This document shows, in pieces, positions 27,401 to 40,495 of a stretch of DNA of 64,000 nt. The stretch covers positions 15,004,001 to 15,068,000 of the forward strand of contig NC_047072.1 of the NCBI RefSeq assembly GCF_902459465.1. Direction: 5' to 3'. Within the stretch, counting starts at the first letter, position 1; every line of letters starts with the position of its first letter. Source of the DNA: Asterias rubens. Lineage: Eukaryota. The notes below the pieces were generated by a model that did not search any database, had not been told where the DNA came from, and worked only from the letters and a program-made list of their open reading frames with translations. The position numbers and the translations under genes are program-made.

Positions 27401-30400
27401 ATGAGCAGAATTTGGCGGAGAATTCCTCTGATCTACGGTGTTAAACACGAGTAAGTGCTTTTTAATCACAACCCCTAATTTATGTGAGAACTTACTCTTG
27501 ATAGGTGCGACGATTTAAATCTGTAGTCTAGAGCTCGCGCAGGGGGGTGAGGGGAGTACCGGTGACTTCGGCACCTTGCAAACTCGGCACCTGCAAACTC
27601 GGCACCTTGCAAACTCGGCACCTTGCAAACTCAGCACCCACTCGGCACCATACAAACTCGGCACCTGCCTTTTATTGACTAACAAACTCGGCACCAAGCA
27701 ATATCATCTCAGAGAGTCAAGTGGTTAAAAATAAAGTCTAAAGTACGTGTCTTACACAATAAAAAATTGCTTTGGTGTACCCATGGCTACTCACTCACAA
27801 TCAATCGTAATTCTAGTGATAGTTGATACAGCCTCAGCTCGGGAAGAATTATTGTGATATCATGGACGGATACTGGATAGTACTTTTTTTAGTTTAGTAA
27901 TAGTACATAATAATAATAATAATAATAATTACATTTATATATAGCGCTTTACTAAAAATAAGTTTCTAAGCGCTTCACAAAAAACAAATATAAATGATAA
28001 GTAAGCAAACGGGAAAACTACATGAGCAGATGCGATAACGTAACCCTCCTCCCACCGTTATCGCAACTTGTTACTAGAGTAGAGTTAGATTGTTTAACCA
28101 CCCATGGCCATGAGTCCATTAGGGAGTCCATGACCATGTTGTTAACCAAGTTTATTGTTTAACACATTCAGTAAACAACACTAATCTTAAAATAGAGATG
28201 ATTGACTCAATGAGTGTGATAATCACTGATTATTTATATCATTTATTATCATTTCAATTTTGTGGTTCCGCCACCCAGGCAGGTCGGGGCTGGGACTATA
28301 AGCGTCCCAGCATATGGACCAATTCTTAGGTCTACTCCTGAAACTAATAGATTAATATTAGCGACACTAAAGATTAGTAGCGACATTAAATAAGGTCCCC
28401 TCCCCCTGTAAATTTTTAGCCTCCGGTGGGAAGGATAAAGAAATGTTATTTTCACGAGATGCCTTTATGCTAGGTGTTGGAATTGCCCAATCACTTTATT
28501 AACAGACTTCTTTATTAACAAAAAGCCATCACCCAGACTGATTTTATTTTGATTATTATAAAGTAAAATGTAATTGTAGTGTTTGCAATTTTGTTTTATT
28601 TTCAGGCCTTTGATTTTGGCAAGATTTAACATCTCCAGATGTGTACAGACAACAACTGGCAGGCTCGACTCGCCTAAAGAAAACGGGGAAAGCAATAGTA
28701 GTGAGTCCTCACCAAAGACTCCACCAAAGAGTCATCTTTCAGCTGACAAACTCCTTAGCACCCTCACAGGGTTAAAGGTTATGAAGAATTTAGATTCAAA
28801 GGTCGGGAGGTCACCAAGGTTAAGGTCAGCTGCAGCCGATTTTCTTCAGCTGAAGGAGAAGAAAGCTGATGAAAGAGACAGCACAAGTGATGACATTCAA
28901 AGGTAACCACCGATGCTGTTGCACTTTTGGAATTGAATGAAAGGTTTAAGGGGCACCAGGTGGCAGCAGACTTACCATGGTAATTAGTTGTTCTTCAAAT
29001 GCTTCAAACTGTGTAAACATTGAAAATTCATCGGTAAGTCTGCTGCCACATTGAACATTTTACCAGTGTTGGAATTTACAATTATGTATTGTTCGGTTCA
29101 GTGTAGTTTTTTATCAAGATAAATTCAGTACTGCCAATCAGCTCTCTTGTATCTAACATTGGTGTACTTTCTATTATATTTGCATGTTTTTCCCTTCACC
29201 TCTCTCAGTCCGGAGATCATTAAGAAAATGGTGCTGGAGACTGTTACAAAAGTAGCCGAGATTTTCCCAGAGAAGGAAGTTGTTGAGTCCGATTTACTGA
29301 AACAGCTACGAAGGCATGATGAAGCCACTGAAGCTGGTCAACTTGGGGACCTAGATGCAGTTAGGTATGTTGATTGTAAAACATTGAGGTTACACATGGA
29401 GTGAAGGAAGGGTTCCTCAACTTTGTGATTGGTCAGGTCATTCTCAAAAGGCCACACTCTGTTGCTTCACTAACCCCTTCTGCATTAGGGTTAGGGAATA
29501 AATTTGGTATAGCTTCACTTCAGGAAGTTACTAAGTACCTTCAGCATAAATGAATAACTACCACCTGGTTAGTCTTTTGTAATTCTACAATTTTCTGTCA
29601 CAACGCTTTTAATTTCCGGCACTTACCATTCACAGATGACTGTTATTTCTCTGCTTCTTGTACAGTTCAATTCTATCGGGGATCAAAGTTCAGAAGCAAG
29701 CAACCCTACGAAAGAAAGTGGAACATACAGCGAGTGATGAGAGAGCACTTACAGAGATGTTAGGAAACCAGTTTGGAGATGATTCAAGACGAAGTGAGAA
29801 ACCAGAGCCATATAAACGGCAACAGATGTAAGAGCTTTAGTATAAAAGGAAAAAAACAACACATCTGACATCTTGCCTTTGTCTATAAATTTAGACACAA
29901 TAAGATTAATCCATCTTGTTGTTGACATACAAAGGGTTAAACTCCTATTACTGATGAATACAGAATCAATGACGATTTACATGTAAATGATTATGAATGT
30001 GCTTGTCTTTCCATAGGAGAACATTATTTGACCGTCAGAGACTGAACCTATTCAAAGTATCTTCTGATAAAGCTTCTAAGACACAAGGTTAGTATTTGTA
30101 CACTGAGGCAATAAGGCAAGATACACAAAAGCCACACGGCACATTACCATAAATCAGAGAGATAACACTTTTAATCAATTCCACAATGAAGATGTAACAT
30201 TAATGTTCAACTATCCTGGTGCTACCCATCCTCTTAACAACAGTATTTGTGTATACATGTATTTTATTGACAGTGTTAGTTGACCCAGAGAATGATGTCC
30301 TGACACTCTGGGATAAGGAGGAAAAGAAGAAACTGAGGGCTTTGTCGTACTCCACAATAAGCCATGGATTTGAGGAAATGATCAAATGGACAGAAGAGGG

Positions 30401-31297
30401 GAAGTTATGGCATTATCCAATCAATAATGAACAAGGTGGGTAATAATGATAATAACCTTTATGTGGTAGTTTCTGTGGATTACCATCAAGTGCTTTAGTA
30501 AATTTTGAATCATTTTGTGAGAATGCAGTTGATATTGTCTGATAAAGCACATCCTGTGCCTAGGAATGAGATTAAAGGGAAGGTACATTGTACATGTTTG
30601 GTAATTGTCAAAGACCAGTGTTCTCACTTGGTGTATCCCATCCTAGCCAGTCTTTTATTATTTTAGTGAGAAATTACCTCTTTCTCAAAAACTACGTTAC
30701 TTCAGAGGGAGTCATTTTCCACAATGTTTTATACTATCAACAGCTCTCCAATGCTCGTTACCAAGTCAGTTTTTAAGTTAATATTTGTTTTGAGTAATTA
30801 CCAAACATGTACCTTCCCTTTAAAATACGACAATATTATTGAAATGAAATTCTTAAGATTGAAAGTATGAGTTTCAATTGTCGCAGCTGGAAACATGGGA
30901 CTTGGCTGACTGGTAGATCTTAGAGTGGTTATGCTGTAGTGAAATGATAGATTAAACACAACTTCTGTGACTTAATATTCCTGATTATACCTCAAAACTA
31001 CTTGATATTTGTTTAAATTTTCTTTTCTGTGTTTCAGGTCTTGAGGAGGAGCAAGCAATTGGTTTTCATGAGCATGTTTTTTTCGACCATCTTCTTGAAG
31101 ATCTTCCTCAGATTGAACCAATTATTAACTTTATGGAATTGGTTTGTGTTGGGTTAAGTAAGAATCCATACCTCACAGTGGAGCAGAAACATGAGCACAT
31201 AGAATGGTTCAAGAAATACTTTATAGAGAGGGAAGCAATAATCAAGGAAGCATTGGAGGCCGAGAAAGCTGACGAAGCAAGAGGAATGGTTGTCTAA
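27401..31297 (+). CDS. MRPS31: Mitochondrial ribosomal protein S31 (mS31), ~385 aa
   Basis: Exons 27401-27450, 28606-28902, 29209-29364, 29666-29827, 30017-30087, 30274-30435, 31038-31297; phases consistent. C-terminal GFEEMIKWTEEGKLWHYPINNEQG...FHEHVFF...FMELVCVGLSKNPYLTVEQKHEHIEWFKKYF is the MRPS31 signature. The N-terminus MSRIWRRIPLIYG is presequence-like. Confidence 0.93.
27564..27695. repeat. Short degenerate tandem array of (TGC)AAACTCGGCACC, ~8 copies
   Basis: Repeated aactcggcacc core at ~15-16 bp spacing in MRPS31 intron 1. Confidence 0.85.
30572..30823. mobile_element. TTAA-flanked Kolobok-like MITE, variant TIR, internally deleted
   Basis: ttaaagggaaggtaca...tgtttggtaatt at the left end and aattaccaaacatgtaccttccctttaa at the right end. 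The interior is similar to family A. Located in MRPS31 intron 6. Confidence 0.8.
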
Positions 31298-34200
31298 TGA
31301 GAAGTCTGTATTCATCTAATGACTGTTAAAGCATCCAAGTGGCAAATTATCTACTTGATATTTTGTTGATAAAACGATCCACATCAAGAGGTGCATTACA
31401 AGTTTAACTGCCTTCAACCACAGCTCTGTTCACTTCTTGTTCGTTATGTTACCAGATGCATTGTCTCTTGGATAATAGTTTATCACTGATGCAGTGAGTG
31501 GTGATCAGGACAGATTTGGAAGAGTATAGAGACAATGATTTATGAAAGAAACCGATCAATGTTTCCTAACTCGTCTTCAATCAAAATGAATATGTTTTGT
31601 TTATGTTTAAAAAACAACTCCGATCTTCAAAAGAAATGGTTTTTGAACTAGAAGAGGTATGCTCGACGATAATACTGGTCAGTAAAGCTATTTCAAAAGC
31701 TTGCTTTCTATAAATATGAAGGCTGTATAGGTTTTCCTAAAAATGTGTGACAGTCAGTTTGAAATAAATACATTCAGGCATGCAAGTTACAGGATACTTA
31801 TTGGACTCCCTGCACCTTTAGATTGTCATGGAATTGCCATTACAGAGATGAAAGACTTGGCCTTTGTTTTAAATAAATATTCAGATTCTATTTGCCATAA
31901 TTCTATTGGATTTATTTCCACACAAAAGAAATAAATTTTATCATAGTGTTTACCACTGCATGGGAGAATTTAATAGCGAATGTCAACAGAGGGCGCTATT
32001 ACAATCAAAGATGTGCATTTATTGCTGGGTGTTTGCAGATTAAAATTTAACAAACCTTGTGAAAATTGAAAAGGGGTTGGGTCAATGTGAATTTATCAGA
32101 TTTATGCAATTTTTGCAAAGGAATTTCAATTGAACGTCTGCAAGGGTGATACTTCGGATAAACTCGGTTACCTGGGTAGTGGCTACTATTAAAACATACA
32201 AGTATTACATCTAGCAAAGACTAGGTTGTTTTTTATAACGATGTCACAAAAATGTCAATGGATTGTGTTATTTGGTAATAAAACCATTTTCAAAATAAAA
32301 AATGAATAAGATACTGACTGATTTTACCTTCTTTATAGACTGCTATTTATTGATGTCGTGTGGACCCACTAGGGCCTACAGTTTACACTGTCACGTATCG
32401 ATTGTACATCTCAACATTCCTGGTGTTTGTTGACGTCATGATTCAAATCTTACAAATGAGTCAATAGTTTGTCACCCCTTGACTCGAGTGATTTCAAATC
32501 CCACTTCAGAATTTCAACAAGAAGACAAAAGATCTTCTTTTGGGCGGCCTCTTCTTTAATCTACCGCCCCTTGGTATCGTGTAATCCCCTTGGTCAATCC
32601 AATAGGCTTTGATGGGATTGGCCCAAGAAGAAAAAGCACCTGGACTACAGAGTGGAGTCGACTGCCTCCTTGCAACCGAAGAGCTTATGTTGGTCCCACA
32701 GAGAGTTGAGACAGGGTTGGGTGTAAAAGACTATAAAGAATGATGGTGATAAATCGTGCGGGAGAACAGAACCTCTTGAAGAGATCTAGACATGACTTTT
32801 AATCCTGTCTTTAAAAGGCTTCTGTACCTAACCGATTGAGAGGAGGGTCCTTCATAAAAAGGGTCGCGGTACATAGGTAAAAACATCTGCAAGTGGTTGA
32901 GATGCGTGTTTCAAACAAAGAGAAACGTGGAAAAGGCATTTGGATAAATGAAGAGGGGTTAATGGATGAACACTTATTGGTGTTAAGGATGAAACTGTTG
33001 AGCCAGGAAACTGGTGTTATTAAGGGCTTTAGGTGATAGGTGGTCATCCATTAAGATCGGTTTACAGCAAAATCCGGTTAATTTTGTTTCGAGACTGATG
33101 TAGCGGAAAAGTAGTTCCTCGCTTAATGGGAATTTGACAAAAATTAATAAGGTTTGTTGGGGGCTCTTTCTTGGCTAACAGCAGATCGACTATGAATAAA
33201 AATGCCTTCAAGTCAAAACTCAGGTACACTGAAATCGTATTATGTTTTTTTCATCCATCACAAGCAACCCAATGCACGAGGCTGTAAGTTGGGTGAATAA
33301 ACAATGAATGTTTACCAATCATAAAATAGCTGAAAAGAAACCAGAAAATAAAAATCAGCGCGGTCTTCTGCTTTGAAGAGCATCAAAAGTCTAAAAGTAC
33401 TATACATGTAATATTTGAGGGTGTTGGTACATACTTTAATGTGGGTAGGGCTTTTTTGTGAGGTCTTTGTCTTGTGAACCCGTACAAGCTCAACAGGTGT
33501 TGCAAGGATTGACTGGACGAGGACTGAGCTATATCCTTGAGTGGAGGTGAGGGTAAATAAATCTCTTTTGAAGATGTTACGAGGTCTCTTCAGATTCTTC
33601 ACTCTCAGCTTCTCGTCAAATACGAGATTCTGAAGAGATGGATAACATGACGAGTAGTGTTTACATAGGATCACAGGTATTCAGTAACTCTTGCTTTAAT
33701 CAAACTTCTGGCACGTAGCTAGGCATTGTAAAGTTGATTTCAAATATTTTACAATGGTATATAATTCAATTCCTCCACCAGAGCTATTGGGTTTGTTTTC
33801 CGATCTCTGTACTATCGGATGAGGTTGATACGCTATAGTTTAATGATTCGGCTTCTAGTCAGCCTATTGTCGATAAAGGGTATAAAATCACATTGTTTTA
33901 CAGGTCGTTTCCCTTAAATGGGTGAAGCTTCGCGTACGACCCCCCCCCCCCCCCCAATTAACGAAATTATTTGTGAAAGCGTTCTCGAATAGCGCCCCCT
34001 TGTGATAAGCACTCAAGTTAACATGGATTTAATATTATTATACATTCAATGTAAATTTGGTCTATATACTACCTTTTCATTATTTTTTTTAACTGTTTGC
34101 TCTCTCCGAGTAAAAAAGGTAAAGCTGTCTTAAATCTTGTATTCAGTTGTATGACCGTTGAGGGCGTACAAACACAACTTCTCTAAGGTCTCGCAAGCTC

Positions 34201-36718
34201 TTTGAAGCCCTTCTTAAGACTCTGTAAGTCCTCATTGTGACGCCTGAATTTGATTTTTTCCTCCCAAGCGAATCCTCAGAAGAAGGTGCGGGTAATCCCA
34301 TGCCAGGGGCATTAAGGGCCTCAGCTCCTCAAGGGAGACCAATCTTGGCCAATTAACTTCTGCAAAAATGACCGCGGGGTCGGCTTATCCCAATCCCAGG
34401 CCCCCTCTCCCCTTCTACTTTGCTGTACTCCCTCCAGAGACCACAGTACATCTACCTAGTATGACGGTCTACCCTCATCAGTTAGGATTTTCAACCATAG
34501 ACTATAGAGGGATATATACCAGGTGCTGTTAGACTATAAAACCAATACAAGGTCTTGATAGCCAACCGTTGCATGCAATTGCTCATAGTTCTTTTATTTT
34601 GCTTTCTTTACTTTTCTCCTTAGCAGCTCGGCCGCCGTGGCTTGATCCCAAACTCTTGCTAAGAAGTCCCGTGGGCGGTTTTTATCCCGACTTGTTTTGT
34701 TATTTGCCGTAGCCACCTGCACACACCGTGCGGCGGGGAGAGAGAGCCAAAGATTGGCCACAAACCCCCAGGTAGAGTTTGACTTGTGCGTGTACCTTAC
34801 AACCCGCAAGGGGCGAACTTAAAACCAAACAGCGTTCACTTTTTGTATAAAATCTTTACAATTTGCCATTTTTTTGACATCCTCGCGGCTTTTTCACTCC
34901 GACACCGAATCTTTCAAAACTTTTTAACGTCTTAAAAATCAAAATCTTTGTGTGGAAATAAAATAGAGGTGTCAATCACACCAACACACCAAGTCACTGT
35001 GACAACAAAAAGAGAAAACCAGGACCAGTTTTTTTCTTCTCGTGCGTATGCGATATTACAGAGAGCGACCCGTTAAAAACACCAGGGGCACTTTGGACCC
35101 AGAAATGCCACCAAGCTATTTATCTAGCTAAACGAAAAGCGCGCCAGGTGAAAAGAGTTCTAGCTTCAAAAATAGAGAGCTCTCTCTCGACAGTTAAACG
35201 TCCACGACCCATAACTTCACACTTTGTGGTAAGGTTGGAGTCGGTTTAGAAGTCATGAAAGACTAAAATGCGGTGTGGCTGAAGCTGTAGCAGTTCCAAT
35301 CTTCTTAAGCAGACGCTAAGTAACAAGTCCCACCAAGCGATTAGATTGCTCCCTTTTGATTCTGTACAGCAGTGTGTAATGGGACAAGTTGGTCACAGAC
35401 ACTGGGCGTCTACCGTCTGGTTCTTCTATTGACTGTTCTCACCTCGATAGAACGGTGGCGTGAAATCGCTAAAAAGACGGTTCATGATTTAAAAACAACA
35501 TGATTTAAACACTCTGTCGCCCGATAGTCTTCAAAACGGTGTTGTTTAGTTTAAGTATACAGCCTGCAGGTCATAGGGCATTTCTAAACTCAAGTTTAAC
35601 AGTTAGTGATTTTACTTGACTCGGCCGTGCTTCTCATAAATGATTCAACCAACCCAATTATAGCCATTCGTAATTCAATCGTTTCTATTTCTGTTTTTTT
35701 ATATGAACTGTCATAAGACAGTTCATAAAATTATGGTTAACATAGGGGATTATATATTCACGTTGAATTTTGTATCAACAAATGTTTGGTTGGTGTAAAG
35801 GGTGATAACACTCACATCAAGTAACTTCAAAGGCTATATTGTAATTTAAACCAACAAATTATAATGATTAACATATCAGTAGGCTACATTACTACAGTAA
35901 TTACTTTTAAAAACCTCTAAATTAGAGCGCCGCCAACGACAATGAGGAGTACAGTTTCTTTGGTCATCCAGTCATTGCACTTTTGAGGGACTCTCATCTC
36001 ATAAGTATGACCTTTTACCACATTATGGCAGGTTTTTAACAATCTTTTGATCGACACCTCTGTGGCCATAAGTAGCCGTCTTCGTTCCCCTTGTCATACA
36101 GTGGAAGTGCATGGTGGTTATAATATAACATAGATATTGTGCGTAAAAGTCCATTTTGGAATGTCATGACCGCAGTTTGTCATTGAGTCAAATCGTGGCT
36201 TTGTTAAACCCACTTAGCAAAATTTGTTCCAAGATTTTAAAGCAATGGTTTCAGGTGTGAAAGGTCTTGCAGCTGCGGTTTTTTTAAGTGAAGCTATTTT
36301 TTGTCATTCGTTGTTTGCGTTTTAAATTAGGTCTTGTTGAAAAGAGGGAAATTGCATGTCTCACTTTAGAAAAAGTAGATCACAATATGGTTTGACAAAC
36401 AAAGAGTCGACCGATTTACAGTTGGTCAACGAACCAAGTTGACAGTAACATGACTGATGGACATGACTGATGTATAGAGTGGGTTCATGACCTAAAAAAC
36501 AGTAGGTTATGGATCGTCTATAAATCCAGTTAGGAGACATAAAGTGTCTACGATTTAAAATGAACGAAATAATGTGGAATTTTGTTGTTAATGCTGTTAA
36601 TTCCTTTAATAAGTATATAGGCGGCTTCAAGAAGTCACAACGACAACCGATGCAAGGTTGAAACAGGTGGTTTCATGACTTATGGCAAAACAAAGATCAT
36701 CATGGTTTTGTACATTAT

Positions 36719-36740
36719 AAATATATATATATATATATAT
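36719..36740. repeat. (TA)n microsatellite
   Basis: Short run of TA dinucleotides. Confidence 0.8.
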
Positions 36741-39700
36741 TTCATAGGTAAAAAGAAAGAAAAAACTTTACAACCCTCCCCCGGACACGTATAAATCTCT
36801 TAACCTTTTCGCTGAGTTCACTGGAATGAAATTTACCTGCTAGAAATTTAGAGAACAGGAAAGGAAAGTTAAGTCCTTTCTTGCTTGTTTCCATCGAAAA
36901 GTTGTTGTAAAACACCTTGTTTGTTTCCTTTGGACCAGCCAGCTTTGATCCTGATATCAGTTTCTTCTGGATTGTAGTTTATTATCGGATACCCAACACC
37001 AATTTACTGTAAGATTGTTCCAATGGTCCTTTGCAATGCTTTGATAATAGCACCGGGAGACTTTGAGAAGTGATTTCATTTGTGCTTAGGCGGGACGCTG
37101 GCAGCGACACAGCCCGGGTCCCAGTGGAGTCTGAACGGTGTGCATATCCAGAAATTCACGGCCAATAATAATTCCCAATGAATGAATGATGGAGTGAAAC
37201 TGTGAGAAAGGATTAGAATTAGGTCTGATCCGTAAGCCAAATAAACTCTATCCGACTCTACCGTATGGGGATTTTTCCAAGGGGTTGAGTTTTTAAGGGG
37301 GGGGGGGTGTTGACAATGCAGCAAGTGGAGCAGAATGGGAGTCAATGTCGGCACTATATGGCGGTCGGTTCCAGCATGCTTCGAGTTAATGTCCCCTGTA
37401 TTCAGTGAGGTTTAGGAACTTGATGGCAGAGCCGTGGTGAAAGACCCGTATTATGATAACTTATGGGCCTGGAAAACGGCTTGTTTGTGTCGGCGGGTTT
37501 GAAGCAGGGGTCATGGAGGACAGATCCCAACACCTGTATGCTTCTCCCGAGGGGACAATAATCAACCAGTTGACATTTGATTTCTACAATTGCCCAATTT
37601 TCAAGTTTGATTCTATCTTAATCGATCGTGTAGAGAAAAAATGACCACATGAAAATCTGATCTTATCAGGTTCATATAGGCTATATTAAGCCTATGTTTA
37701 ACCACACACTGGGTTAGTAGAGAAACAACAAACAAAAACACTGCACTTTAGTGACTACTGACCCCTTGAAATCAGGATATACCTTTATAAAATTAAAAAA
37801 CACAATTAATATGGAACTTAGGTGGTGGAGAAATTAAAAGGGGGGACTGGGTGTGAAACTGGTCTGGATCCTGGGGGTCATTATGTGAGCTGAGATGATA
37901 TCTTCTGGAACAGCATAGTTCAATATGCATCCCCTTACTACATCCCATACTGGAAGGTCCAGTCTAGTCTAATAGTAACTAAGGTCAACGTTTTACATTG
38001 CATACGTAGTTACTGTTTAGAATTCTACAACCTCTTTATAGAAGGGCTACAAACCACACTCAAAACCCCAACTTCCGCTGAGCTTTCAACTACAGAAAGA
38101 GCCAACAATTTTGACAAACAAATTATGCCAGCTCGACTTCTGTGTGATAAGGGGGTATTTGTAAGCAACTTAACCCTGACTTTTCTTTGACATGCAAACT
38201 AGTATAATATCAGCACAATACATGGATTATAAACTGACGTTGTGTGACTCACCAAGCAATCGCATTGCCTCACACTGAATTTCCAGCATTTCCCGCCCGC
38301 AGACTTTTCCCGTTTTTTTGAGGAAGACTGACAGCGTGGCTAGTTGCCATAGTTACGATGCAATTTAAGTCTTTGGGTATAGGATGTGATCAATCATCGA
38401 TATAGCTGTGGTTATTGACAAGACTTGATTGAAAGGACAGCAACAAAACGGACTAGTAAGAGTCTGGAGTGAGAATTTTAATTCATTAAAAATGGATGGT
38501 TCTGTGATGTCAACGAAGTTTGTAAGTTACAAGCTTGTACCTTACGACATATTCCGGCTCTAACCCCTCAACAGGGATGCAAGGGAGCCCCAAGGGGACC
38601 CGATAACGGCGAAAACAAGGCACGTGAAACTCTCCCTTTTCGATTGATAAGGGTTTACTGAGATGTGAGAAACACCTCGTGTCATTTGAGCAAAGGACTT
38701 ATTTTCTTGGTTTAACTCGTAATTCCCTTTATCGTTGGGATTGATACTCACTATACCCACATGCTTTACCTATGCACCCATACAATCCATAAGAAACACA
38801 AGTTTGTTTCAACCGTTATGGGACCAAGAAACTTCGCCCAAATCCACGGTGATAGCTTTGCAATTGTTAAAATATTAGACTATAATATTAGACTATATAT
38901 ATATATTTGGTTTGCAGTAACACCAAGTGTGTGGCTACTTGCCACTGAGACCAACTAAGAATTTACTCCGCGGTAGTGAAGTTAATAACGATCAACTAAA
39001 AGCTAAAGTATGCCGATTATCTACCTTCCGCCCATCGGGTAGTCAAAAAGCAGGACAGTTCTTTTCACAACTATGAGGAGTCTCCCGAATAACTCAACCT
39101 GGCAAATTTTGTGATACATTCCATGCAATGCATCAACTCCCATATAACAATAGATATATCATTGATATAATATCTTCCCTAAAAATGTTAGTCAGGTTTC
39201 ATTGCGAAATTACAACTCAAAATACAATTTAATCTTTTTCGTCGAGAATTGCTTTTATATAAAAAGTTCCAAACCATTGTATGTGTAATAATGAAAATAA
39301 CATCGGGTTAAGCAACAGTTAAACAAATAATTAGAAAATGGAATACATTTGTTTCTGAAGGCTGTTTGGTTTCCTGACAAAACATGTTTACATCAGCACC
39401 GGCACAATTCGCCGAACCACAACTCAAATCTGGCAAAACATATTCGTGACGTGTCTGGTTGACGCCAAAAATTAATCAAATAATGCAACTATTACTGATA
39501 TTTTTGTTAGAATCAATAAACAGAATACTATTGCGGTAATGTAGTATTGTTTAAACGGAGACCCTATTGCGCCATATCATGATTTAGCACAACATTGCGG
39601 TCAACGGTGAAGGGGTTGAACATGCCACAAAACTCAATTTCCGTTTTACGGTCGCCTGATTAAATAGTAACTAAGACGAGCCTCATTGGACCGTACATAG

Positions 39701-40267
39701 GGCAAGACACTGCCTTCCCCCTTTCCGGCCATTTAATAATCACAGAACAAAAAGCAGAGCTGGATTACAATCGAATAAGTCAATGCAATACTAATCAGTT
39801 CATTGGGGCTAGCTTCCTGGACATTGGACTCAGTATTAACAATTTGAGTCCGAAACAATTGAAATCAGCGTTGATGTTTGACCGGGGCTTGGAGGCATTT
39901 ATAAGGCGAGCCGGTCTGGCTGGCTGGGGGCTGCACGATGCAGACTTCCCGTCATATTTAGGAGGTTACGCGCTTCGCTGAGTAATATACAGCCGTCTTC
40001 TAGACAAACAAGACAAACCTTCCCATGATACCATTGCCATCAAACTCAAATTTAGTGTTCATTCATTATTGAGCGGTTAGAGTGAGAGCGTCGAGGTTTT
40101 AATATTGCACTGATTTCAGCTTAAAACCACAGCCACAATCATGTCTACATAATTTGTTGTTGGGACTAATTAATAATACACGACTGTCTCTGAAAACCTG
40201 TAGTATACCTTCCAATTAGCTCTGTGCATATCAAACCTGGTCAATAACGCTCAATACGTCAATACGC

Positions 40268-40495
40268 CCTACTCTCTAAATGTAAAAGAGTGAAAAACAC
40301 CACTCTTTACGTTTAGAGTTGTCCCTCATAGCTCTTTAAAAAGAGTGGTGGTTATTTCACTCTTTTAGAGGAGTTTCACTCCAGGACAGAGTGAGAAATC
40401 ACTCAAAAAAGATGCAAACTTCAATCTCAAAGAGTGGAAGACAACTCGAAAAAGAGTTGTCCTTCATATGGCTCTTCAAAGAGTGCTTTTTCATA
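40268..40495. repeat. Degenerate repeat rich in AAAGAGTG / CACTCTTT words (probable interspersed repeat fragment)
   Basis: Repeated aagagtg and cactctt words in both orientations. Confidence 0.55.

Noticed and set aside
33529-33538. ATATCCTT resembling a U12-type donor
   Set aside because: Not adjacent to any identified exon; all reconstructed introns are ordinary GT-AG.
32480-33700. Possible retroelement remnant (ORFs 32811-33047 and 33312-33674)
   Set aside because: No RT, integrase, gag or endonuclease motifs seen; no LTR pair found.
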